Source of the DNA: Acidobacteriota bacterium | GTDB taxonomy: Bacteria; Acidobacteriota; UBA6911; RPQK01; CBDAPI01 | Assembly (NCBI GenBank): GCA_965205345.1 | Contig: CBDBGQ010000024.1 | Span: 253 to 64,252, forward strand | Direction of reading: 5' to 3' | DNA: 64,000 bases | In this document: positions 1 through 8,140 of the stretch, piece after piece | Layout of the letters: the number at the start of each line of letters is the position of its first letter | Position numbering within the stretch: position 1 is the first letter of the stretch | Notes under the pieces: generated by a model | Database searches by the model: none | The model's input: only the letters and a program-made list of their open reading frames with translations | Told to the model about the DNA's origin: nothing | Translations under genes and position numbers: made by a program

Positions 1-125
1 CTTTGCTGCCGATGGAGCCTCAAAAAATGTCCCCTATGAGTGATCTCCACGTTTTCTATTACGCCGACCAATCAAGAAAACGCGACCGGCACGGAAGATG
101 ATCGGACCACGGAGGGTCCTCCTAC

Positions 126-1776
126 CCCGGATTATGCAAAAACCGTAGTCCGGTGTTGAAAAACGAGTCGAGAAGTGGCCCAACTCGGAAGCGGGCAGGT
201 GTGACAGGCGGATTTGCGAAGAATATCGGTTGGGGAGGCGTTTGAGTGGTTGGGGGAGTGAATTTCAGACAGATCTGGGCCTGGATGAGTATCGGAAGCG
301 GTTTTTTGGGGAACTGGGAGAAGCTAGCTGGAGTTGAGGCGACTCAAGACGAGGTGGAAGAGGGGTTGTTCGGGAAAGGCTGAGGAAAGATGGACCCAGA
401 TGCGTCGAGTGGTTTGTCGGATGCGGGCCCCGATCTTGAGGACACGACGACGTAAGGTTTCGATTTCGAGCTTGTGCCAGGGAGTCCCGTGCAGATAGTC
501 GCGGAGGCGCACGAACATCTGGTAAGCCAGTGCATGCAGGAGGAGTCGAAACTGATTGGCCAGGAATCGATGACAGCTGAGTCGGTCCATGCTCAGATGA
601 TTCTTGAAGGCCTTGATGAAGTTCTCGGTCTGCCCTCGGTTTGTATAGTGGTCATAAAGTGATTGGGAGCAGAGATCGTCCCGGTTGGTGACCACAAAGC
701 GACGATTGATCCCGCGCTGATCGACCTCCACTTTGACAATGACGCGACGGGATCGATCCCAGCTCTTGGCTCGATAAAGAAACTCGTCAAACTGACGCTG
801 TTTTTCCTCCAGCTCAACGAACTGCAGCCGAGTCGAATCCAGCAGCGGCTCGACCACTCGCTGCAGGCGAGGGTTTCGACTTAACCCAATGACATATTGG
901 AGTTGATTCTCTTCACCTTCACAGAACTCGTAGAGCCGAGGCGTGGCAAAGCCGCTGTCGGCCCGAATCTCAATCTCGACATCCGTCCCCACTCCTTGTC
1001 GGATGGCCTCCACGACTCGCTTCAGAATGGGCACGATGTGAGAGGCAGCCCCCTTGTTGCCAGGTCTCAACACGACACACACCAGGTCGCCCGTGTCGGC
1101 ATCGAAGATCAGCAAAGGATGCAGAATGTGGTTTCGGTAATACCCATGGTAGAAGGAGAACTCCTGCTGACCGTGAGTGTGGTCGTCGGTACTGTCCAGA
1201 TCCAGGATGATCTTGCTGGGACGTCTCTTCTTCAGGGAGCGCACATAACGGCCTAGCAGCCACTGGCTCAGATGCATCAGATCCTTCTTGGTGACGGAGT
1301 TCTCCAAACGGGAGAAAGTCGGCTGGGTGGCCAAATCGGGATCGCTCTCGGGCAACTGATCACAGACTGTCTTGAGCATCGGATCGGAGCGCAGCGTATC
1401 GGCGTCATTACAGTCTTCGTAGCCGGCCACGATCTGCAAGACTCGTTGTCGAATCAACTTCAACAGGTCATGACGAACGTAGCGTCGGTCCCGGCTTTCC
1501 GAAATACACGAACTGAAGCCCTCGCACAACCGATGTTGCCGATCCAGCGATCCAAACAACAACCATCCTGCGTCGGAAGTCAGACTCCCCCCATCAAAAC
1601 GCGCCGTGATCTTTCGGTGGCTGTGAAATAGCAGGGTATTCTGGCAGACTGCTTTCAACATTGCCGTAGCTCCTGTTTAGGGTCGTTGTTTATGTAAACC
1701 CTTTTATATCAGAGAGCTACGGCCTTTTTTCTGGGCCCAAATCTCACTCGGATTCAGATCTCATGCATAATCCGGG
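126..1776 (-). mobile_element. IS1380-family insertion sequence, copy 1
   Basis: Terminal IRs CCCGGATTATGCA (126) / TGCATAATCCGGG (ending 1776); 4-bp direct repeat CTAC on both sides (122-125, 1777-1780); near-identical to copies at 8141 and 38156. Confidence 0.93.
324..1661 (-). CDS. IS1380-family DDE transposase
   Basis: 445 aa; motifs FDGGSLTSDAG, GYEDCND, LDLDST, RADSGF, RGQTENFIK typical of IS1380 (DDE_Tnp_1_4). Confidence 0.93.
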   Translation of the reverse strand: MLKAVCQNTLLFHSHRKITARFDGGSLTSDAGWLLFGSLDRQHRLCEGFSSCISESRDRRYVRHDLLKLIRQRVLQIVAGYEDCNDADTLRSDPMLKTVCDQLPESDPDLATQPTFSRLENSVTKKDLMHLSQWLLGRYVRSLKKRRPSKIILDLDSTDDHTHGQQEFSFYHGYYRNHILHPLLIFDADTGDLVCVVLRPGNKGAASHIVPILKRVVEAIRQGVGTDVEIEIRADSGFATPRLYEFCEGEENQLQYVIGLSRNPRLQRVVEPLLDSTRLQFVELEEKQRQFDEFLYRAKSWDRSRRVIVKVEVDQRGINRRFVVTNRDDLCSQSLYDHYTNRGQTENFIKAFKNHLSMDRLSCHRFLANQFRLLLHALAYQMFVRLRDYLHGTPWHKLEIETLRRRVLKIGARIRQTTRRIWVHLSSAFPEQPLFHLVLSRLNSS

Positions 1777-1789
1777 CTACGTTGGGAAT

Positions 1790-1865
1790 GTGACGGGATG
1801 GCAAAGTGTAGGAGCGGGTTCCATCCCGCGATTTGATCTGATCGGACCACGGAGGGTCCTCCTAC
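1790..1865. repeat. REP/REPIN-like element (GTAG...CTAC feet)
   Basis: GTAGGAGCGGG...CCCGCG...GGACC...GGTCCTCCTAC at 1808-1865; right half repeated at 100-125; ~70-bp homolog at 15041-15111. Confidence 0.7.
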
Positions 1866-2047
1866 GTTGGGAATGTCCGGAAGATCCGGTCCAGTTGCTC
1901 GGCGGGCATGGGCCTGGTCATGAGGCTGACCACAACCATGACGATGGAACCCACCACCACACAGGTGCCTGCAGCACCGAACGGGTTCTGCCAGTCAAAG
2001 ATCAACCAGAAAGAAGTATAGAGCAGAACTCCAACCAGGAAGGAGGC
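1862..2047 (-). pseudogene. 3' remnant of a membrane transporter (sodium:solute symporter-like), cut by IS256
   Basis: Hydrophobic helices ending MVVVSLMTRP..EQLDRIF, like SSS-family C-termini; reading frame starts at the IS256 end. Confidence 0.55.
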
Positions 2048-3387
2048 AGTAGTGTAACTTTTTTTCTGTAATTTCTGGTCAGGCCTTGGGTCGGAAAGAC
2101 AGAGGTCTGGGACAGGATTCTCCAAAAACAGAAACGAGAATCTGGCAAGGAGAATCAAATGAACCCAGATCTGGAAAAGAGAGTACCACGGGAGATCCTG
2201 GCGGAGTTGATCGAGGAAGGAACAGAAGCCTTTCGAGGAATCCTGGAGAAGTTGTTCAACGTGGCGATGCAGTTGGAAAGAAGCGAGTTTCTGGGAGCGG
2301 AAGCGTACGAGAGAACAGCCAGTCGGCGAGGCTATCGAAACGGATTCAAAGGCAAGCGGATTCAGACTCGAGTGGGAGAGCTGCACTTGGAGATTCCACA
2401 GGTGCGTGGGTTGAGGTTTTATCCCAAGTCGCTGGAGAGGGGTTGCCGTTCGGAGAAGGCCCTGAAGCTGGCCATTGCCGAGATGTATGTGATGGGCGTC
2501 TCGACGAGGAAAGTCACCGAGATCACGGAGCAGCTGTGTGGGTTGGAGATCTCGGCCACCCAGGTCTCGAGAGTGGCCGGGATGCTGGACGAAGAGCTGG
2601 AAGAGTTTCGAAGCCGGGAGCTGGGAGAGTATCCGATCGTGTATCTGGATGCCCACTACGAGAAGGTTCGAAGAGGCGGCAGGGTGCAGGACGTGGCCAT
2701 CCTGAAAGCCATAGGAGTCAATCGTTTCGGGACGCGAGAGGTGTTGGGTCTGAGCGCCAAGATCAGCGAAGCGGAGGTGCATTGGCGAGGGTTTCTGGGA
2801 GATCTGCACAAGCGTGGACTGAGAGGGGTCGAGCTGTTGGTCAGTGACGATCACGAAGGACTGAAGGCGGCCAGGCGGGCAGTTTATCCGTCGGTGCCCT
2901 GGAACCGTTGTCAGTTTCACCTGAGCAAAAACGCCCAACAATATGCTCGCCGCAAAGAGGACAAGCCCCGCATCGCCCAGGCCATGCGGGACATTTTCGA
3001 TGCCCCGTCTCGAGAGGATGCCGAGGAGCTCAAGGGTAAAGTCGTCAAGAAGTTCGAAAAGATTGCACCGGAGTTCGTGAGCTGGCTGGAAGACAACCTG
3101 GATGAAGGGCTGACAGTGTTTGATTTTCCGAGGAGCTGGTGGCGAAGGATCCGAACCATCAACGGACTGGAGAGACTGCACCGGGAGATCCGGAGACGAA
3201 CCCGGGTGGTGGGAATCTTTCCCCACGAAGCATCGGCGCTGCGGCTCATCTCGGCTGTGCTTGCAGAGATACACGAGGAGTGGTTAACCGGCCGGCAATA
3301 CCTGAACCTGGCCGGCTGGAAAAAACAAGTGGAGCAATTCTTCCCTACAGGCCCTAGAGGAAATTACAGAAAAACGGTTGCTTAACC
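2048..3387 (+). mobile_element. IS256-family insertion sequence, type A copy 1
   Basis: Ends AGTAGTGTAACTTTTTTTCTGTAATTTC / GAAATTACAGAAAAACGGTTGCTTAACC, defined by comparison with the copy at 38881-41669; no TSD at this copy. Confidence 0.9.
2159..3385 (+). CDS. IS256-family (Mutator-like) transposase
   Basis: 408 aa; YRNG, MYVMGVSTRKV, YLDAHYEKVR, VSDDHEGL, RCQFH, RTINGLERLHREIRRR motifs. Confidence 0.95.
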   Translation: MNPDLEKRVPREILAELIEEGTEAFRGILEKLFNVAMQLERSEFLGAEAYERTASRRGYRNGFKGKRIQTRVGELHLEIPQVRGLRFYPKSLERGCRSEKALKLAIAEMYVMGVSTRKVTEITEQLCGLEISATQVSRVAGMLDEELEEFRSRELGEYPIVYLDAHYEKVRRGGRVQDVAILKAIGVNRFGTREVLGLSAKISEAEVHWRGFLGDLHKRGLRGVELLVSDDHEGLKAARRAVYPSVPWNRCQFHLSKNAQQYARRKEDKPRIAQAMRDIFDAPSREDAEELKGKVVKKFEKIAPEFVSWLEDNLDEGLTVFDFPRSWWRRIRTINGLERLHREIRRRTRVVGIFPHEASALRLISAVLAEIHEEWLTGRQYLNLAGWKKQVEQFFPTGPRGNYRKTVA

Positions 3388-3388
3388 G

Positions 3389-3526
3389 CTGGAAGCCCTG
3401 GAAGATCTCTCCACAATCGAGAACTTGAGACAGGTCGCCCGGGAAGATCCCTCTCAGGAAGTTCGGGAGGCGGCAGCAGCAGCGGCGAGTGAACTAACCC
3501 AGCTGGCCCAGGATCCCTCTGGTTGA
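3389..3526 (+). pseudogene. 3' remnant of a HEAT-repeat-like protein gene, cut by IS256
   Basis: Translates LEALEDLSTIENLRQVAREDPSQEVREAAAAAASEL...*, a HEAT-like DPSxEVRxAA motif, starting directly after the IS end. Confidence 0.5.
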
Positions 3527-3535
3527 GTACCGGCC

Positions 3536-3568
3536 GGAAGCCCCGGTCACAGAAACAGCGGGGCTTCC
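3536..3568. terminator. Stem-loop between convergent gene ends
   Basis: GGAAGCCCCG (3536-3545) / CGGGGCTTCC (3559-3568) perfect 10-bp stem; no clear U tract. Confidence 0.45.
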
Positions 3569-3592
3569 AGTTGATCCGGTGAAACAACGCGA

Positions 3593-4122
3593 TTACTTCT
3601 GTACGTGCAGGAAAATCTCGTCCAAGAGAAATGCACTGGCACAGAAGTCGACGACACTGTGAAGGATCCCACTACCTGTCGCCGAGGAGAACTTACCGGT
3701 GCCTCCCGTAATCGCAAAGGTTGTGACTCCTTCGTTTGTTGTGCACACAGGGGGTGCGCTAACAGCAATCTCGCAGACGCTTCCGCCGGTAACAGCTCCA
3801 AAGATCATGTCACCATTATTGGTCGTTATCGCCACGGTTGCGGCAGCGATAAAGCCACCCGCGAAATCATTCCCTGGCGGAAAGGTGTGGGGAGTGGTGT
3901 TCAGCAGAGCGCATGGATGTCTTTCCGTCTCACCTGGGAAGAGAAGTGCGTTTTGACCACCTGAGTAGCCCGACCAATCCCAGGACGCGCTGGCGCACAC
4001 GGTAGAGTTTCCGAGCCCCTCGATCTGACCAGTTGCGCAAACCTCGGCTCCTGCGTTGCCACCGTCTCCAAAAAAGGGCGGGAACGCAAAGTGGCTGGCG
4101 GCGTGGCTTACCACCTCGTTCC
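3593..4122 (-). pseudogene. Cys-containing beta-barrel protein (dirigent/allene-oxide-cyclase-like motif), N-terminus lost at IS5
   Basis: FAITGGTGKFSSATGSG motif; the ORF-track Met (4135) lies inside the IS5 left IR. Confidence 0.5.
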
Positions 4123-5226
4123 GACCTTGTTGCATGGATCATCCCGAAGGATGCCTTATCATCGTGTTTTTCAACACCGGGGATAACCTAGATGCCACAT
4201 AAGTTCAACGCAGCCCGACGGCACAAGTTTGATAAGGCGCAGTATCGGGTGATCAACTGGGCGGAATATAACGAGAGCCTGCGCCAGCGGGGTGATCTGA
4301 CGATTTGGGTCAGTGATGAGGCTCAAAGTGTGTGGCGCGCGCCGCGCCGCACGTCACGGGGTGGCCAGCGGAGATACTCGGATCTGGCTATCGAGACATG
4401 CCTGACGCTGCGCACGGCGTATCGGCTTGGGTTGCGACAAACGCAGGGGCTGATGGGTTCCATTGGCACGCTCATGGGGCTGGATATACGGGTGCCGGAC
4501 TTCTCCACACTGTCGCGTCGCGCAAACGGCTTGAGCATCGCGCAGGTGATGAGGCAAGCCGGGTCTGTGCCTGTCCATCTGGTGGTGGACAGTACCGGCC
4601 TCAAGATCTTCGGCGAAGGGGAATGGCTCGCGCAGAAGCATAAAACCAGGGGAATACGCCGCCGCTGGCGCAAACTCCACCTCGGACTGGACCTCCATAG
4701 CGGTGCGATTGTTTGCGCCAATCTGACTCACGATGACGTTGGAGACAGCACCGCCTTACCCGGGCTCCTGGATCAACTCGATGCCCCGGTCACGGGCTTT
4801 CTGGCGGACGGCGCCTATGATGGAGCGTCCACACGGGATCTGCTGAGGGAACGGTATGGGGAGACCCTGGATGTGGTTATACCGCCGCCAAAGAACGCAG
4901 TGATCCGACCGCAATCGGCGCGGGATCCAACCGTTCGGGATCGCCATATTGCCCAGATCCGCAGCAACGGCCGCATGGCCTGGCAGGCGGCCACAGGGTA
5001 CAACCAGCGCAGCCGGATAGAAACGCAGATCGGCCGGTGGAAGAGCGTCATCGGCCCCAGACTCAGATCCCGCAGCTTCTCCAGGCAGATCACGGAGATC
5101 CAGGTCGGCCAGAAAGTCCTGAACACAATGACCGCACTCGGACGGCCTGTGTTCGAACGTATCGCCTGACGCTACCGCTTGGGAAAGGGCGAATTCCATC
5201 TCCGCCCCGATCCATGCAACAACGCT
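4123..5226 (+). mobile_element. IS5-family (IS903-like) insertion sequence
   Basis: IRs share TTGTTGCATGGATC (4127-4140 and reverse complement 5209-5222); exact termini uncertain by a few bp; no TSD seen. Confidence 0.85.
4192..5169 (+). CDS. IS5-family transposase
   Basis: 325 aa; NWAEYNESLRQRGDLT, VDSTGLK, ADGAYD, GYNQRSRIET motifs. Confidence 0.95.
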   Translation: MPHKFNAARRHKFDKAQYRVINWAEYNESLRQRGDLTIWVSDEAQSVWRAPRRTSRGGQRRYSDLAIETCLTLRTAYRLGLRQTQGLMGSIGTLMGLDIRVPDFSTLSRRANGLSIAQVMRQAGSVPVHLVVDSTGLKIFGEGEWLAQKHKTRGIRRRWRKLHLGLDLHSGAIVCANLTHDDVGDSTALPGLLDQLDAPVTGFLADGAYDGASTRDLLRERYGETLDVVIPPPKNAVIRPQSARDPTVRDRHIAQIRSNGRMAWQAATGYNQRSRIETQIGRWKSVIGPRLRSRSFSRQITEIQVGQKVLNTMTALGRPVFERIA

Positions 5227-6666
5227 GCCGGGAAGCCGCTCAGCCAGCCCGCGCAGGATCACCAGCGATTCATCATAGTTCAGGGACTGCAGCAATTGCC
5301 GGGCTCGATCAGACTCGGCCAGCATCGGCAGCCCATCCTTGGGGTCGATAGCCCCAACATCCGGGTCGGGGGGGACCGATCCCGAAAAGTAGCCGAGACT
5401 CCTGAGCGCTGCCAGCAGTTCCGGACCCGCGGGGGACTCCCCTGTCGCGTAGGCCTTCCGATCCTCCTCAATGGCTGCCAGCACTCGCCCGAGTCGTTCC
5501 GACTCCTGTGGATGAGCGTTGATCAGGTTGTCGAGCTCTCCCGGATCGGCCTGGAAATCGTAGAGCTCAGGCCGCGGGGCCAGGATGAGTCGCCAGCGCT
5601 GATCCGAAACTGCCCTCAGAGGGCTCCAGCCATAGGTATTGGCAGGCATCCAGGTGGCACTGTAGACAGGCTCAGGGGGGGCAGGATCACCCACAGCGGG
5701 CAAACCTGGGAGGCTGCTGCCCGGGTCCTGAGCGGTGTCCCCCACGCCCAGCAGTCGCAGAAGCGTCGCCATCAGCCGCCGGGTCGCTACCACTTCCTCC
5801 ACGACCTCACCAGTCGGGACTCCGGGGCCGGCCAGGATCAGAGGGACTTCCAGACTGGCCCGGTAGAGAAAGATTCCGTGAGTCTTCTCTCCATGCTCGC
5901 CCAGAGATTCCCCGTGGTCTCCCACCACCGCGATCACCGCTTCCTGATCCTCCCCGGGTAAGGCGGACAGAAGCCGGCCGATCTCCTGATCCACGTAGGC
6001 GATCTCTCCGGCATAGTTGGCCGTTGTGGTGCTGCCCTGCCACTGGGCAGGGGGTTCATAAGGTGCATGAGGATCGTAGTAATGAACCCACAGAAAGTAT
6101 GGCTGCGAGGGTGACAAGGCACTCAACCAGGAGATGGCCGATGCGGTGACGGAGCCGGCGTCCCGCTCGGGATAACCGTACTCGCCCAACTGCTCGGCGG
6201 CCATGAAGTCGTCATAGAGTCCAAAACCCGGGTTGAGCCCGAAGCGCCTGTCCAGCACCCGCGACGAGACAAAGGCCGCGCAGGAATAGCCTCTGGAGGA
6301 CAGGATGGTGGCCAGGGTGGGCACAGAGGGATGAAGAGTCGCGGTGCCGTTGTCGAGCAACCCGTGTGCCGGCGGGTCGAGACCCGTCAGCAACGAAGCG
6401 TGAGCCGGAAGGGTCAGTGGTGAGGCCGTCAAGGCTCGCGCGTAGCGGGTTCCACGATCGGCCAGGGAGTCCAGGATCGGAGTCCCCCCGTCTCTTGTAC
6501 CGTAAGCCCCGACGTAATCGGAGCGAGTCGTGTCCAGAGTCAGCAGGACCAGGGATGGCTTTACAGGTCTCGAGAGTTCAGATGTGGGAATGTCCCACGG
6601 TGAGGAACAGCTCACTAACGAACAGACTAGGAGGACAGCCCCGATGGCAAAGGTTCCCTTCTTCAT
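5227..6666 (-). pseudogene. Sulfatase-like lipoprotein with TPR-like C-terminal region, truncated by IS5
   Basis: Signal/lipobox-like N-terminus; TLDTTRSD, TLPAHASLLTG, HYYDPH, GDHGE motifs; frame runs into the IS5 right IR. Confidence 0.8.
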
Positions 6667-6916
6667 ATCCCTGGCCGGACTGAAATGCTATTACCCGAGC
6701 ACTCCGGAGACAAGGGGCCGGACCAGAACTGGGATGCCAGGATACTGCGTCGTGAATCACACCATTGAATGGCACCCGTCACTGCTTGTGGCCATATTCG
6801 ACGTGTACAATGAGTTTGCGTATGTTTGCCCGGGGGAATGCATGACCGCGAGCGCCTGATATGATGTTCACGAGTACCGGTCGCCGCCTCAAGGCGCCTC
6901 CCACTTTGGAAATGGA

Positions 6917-7735
6917 ATGATCGACATAACGGATCTGATTGACCCCCACATTCATGCCGCTCCCGAACACATCCCCCGACTGCTTGACGATATCTCTCTG
7001 GCTCGCCAGGCCCGTGAAGCCGGCATGGCGGGCATCCTGATCAAGAGCCACACGACTCTGACGGCCGATCGGGCTACGATCGCGGCTTCCGTGGTAGGAG
7101 GCATTCAGGTCTGGGGCGGGCTGGTTCTCAATGACGCTACCGGTGGAGTGAACCCGGCAACTGTAGAGAATGCAATCACTTACGGAGCCAGAGAAATCTG
7201 GATGCCCACCCTGGATGCAGCCAACCACAAACGCTGCCATGGTCAAGAACCCGGGGGGCTGTCACTCGAGAATGAAGAGCTTCCCGGGGCCATCCGACAG
7301 ATCCTCGATCTGATCGCCGCAGGGGATGTCATCCTGGGAACCGGTCATCTCAGTACCCCCGAGATTCTGAAATTGATTCCCGCTGCCCGGCAGCAGGGCG
7401 TTCGAAAGATCCTGATCACTCACCCGGAAGCTCCCTTCGTGGACATGCCGATCGACGTGCAGCAAGAGCTGGCCGGCCTTGCATGCCGCTTCGAGCGGAC
7501 CTGGGTTTTTACGACACCGGCTCTGGGCGAGGTGCTGACCGCCGATCAACTGACTCAGGCGATTCATGAGGTTGGTGTCGAAAGCACGGTGCTGGCCAGT
7601 GACATGGGCCAGGTGGGAAACCCGCCTCCCGTGGAAGGGTTTCGGGCCTTCATAACTGCCTGCTCGGAGGCGGGCTTCGGTCAGGACCAGATCCGGCAAA
7701 TGGGCGCCGACAACATCCGGGAATGGCTGGACTAG
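6917..7735 (+). CDS. Amidohydrolase-fold protein (DUF6282-like)
   Basis: DPHIH, KSH, WMPT, GTGH, THP, SDMGQ motifs. Confidence 0.75.
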   Translation: MIDITDLIDPHIHAAPEHIPRLLDDISLARQAREAGMAGILIKSHTTLTADRATIAASVVGGIQVWGGLVLNDATGGVNPATVENAITYGAREIWMPTLDAANHKRCHGQEPGGLSLENEELPGAIRQILDLIAAGDVILGTGHLSTPEILKLIPAARQQGVRKILITHPEAPFVDMPIDVQQELAGLACRFERTWVFTTPALGEVLTADQLTQAIHEVGVESTVLASDMGQVGNPPPVEGFRAFITACSEAGFGQDQIRQMGADNIREWLD

Positions 7736-7739
7736 GGAA

Positions 7740-7767
7740 TTCCACGTTCCACGTTCCACGTTCCACG
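7740..7767 (+). repeat. (TTCCACG)4 heptamer array
   Basis: Four perfect copies 4 nt after the TAG stop of the preceding gene. Confidence 0.9.
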
Positions 7768-7791
7768 TCTGTTTTTCCGTCCCCGGTTTCC

Positions 7792-8088
7792 TCACTCCGT
7801 CCCGTAGTGGCGACTCAGGGCGCGAACCACGTCATCCGGGTTGTCGGGAATCTCGCGCTTGAATTCCTCCGCCAGTTCGGCCCGGAGACTTTCCTCCAGA
7901 AGGTCCCGAGAGGCCCGAGACATGGGCGAGGGGAGCTGGAACTCACCGAGTGTCTCGACTACAAGCCTGCCAGGCAAGCCTCTACGAACAGGCACTCCAG
8001 CCCCCTTGCCCCTCACTCCTCTCGCGCTTTTCTGGCCTGGCATCAGTGGCTGACAGGGTTGGTCAAGAGCCTTGATGGAACGAAACAA
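7792..8088 (-). CDS. Small hypothetical protein (start uncertain)
   Basis: C-terminal half (SRDLLEESLRAELAEEFKREIPDNPDDVVRALSRHYG) looks helical and protein-like; no family recognised. Confidence 0.35.
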   Translation of the reverse strand: MFRSIKALDQPCQPLMPGQKSARGVRGKGAGVPVRRGLPGRLVVETLGEFQLPSPMSRASRDLLEESLRAELAEEFKREIPDNPDDVVRALSRHYGTE

Positions 8089-8140
8089 TGAGGTCAGGGC
8101 AAAGGCAAAGGCAAGGGCAAGGGAAAGAAGAGGACACTAG

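Noticed and set aside
100-1876. Repeated ~37-bp sequence as a CRISPR array
   Set aside because: Only two units, the intervening sequence is itself repeated at 15041, and no cas genes are present; it fits a REP-like element.
1862-3274. Long antisense ORFs over IS256 and IS1182 (also 38623-40107, 40187-41365) and other shadow ORFs
   Set aside because: They are antisense to clear genes in GC-rich DNA and have no recognisable motifs.
4756-5226. C-terminal 150 aa of the 636-aa sulfatase ORF
   Set aside because: It is read-through into the antisense strand of IS5, not a real domain.
7723-8091. Possible four-helix-bundle gene flanked by short repeats
   Set aside because: Only a weak LTGLVKSL resemblance; conserved family motifs are absent and the opposite-strand ORF looks more protein-like.
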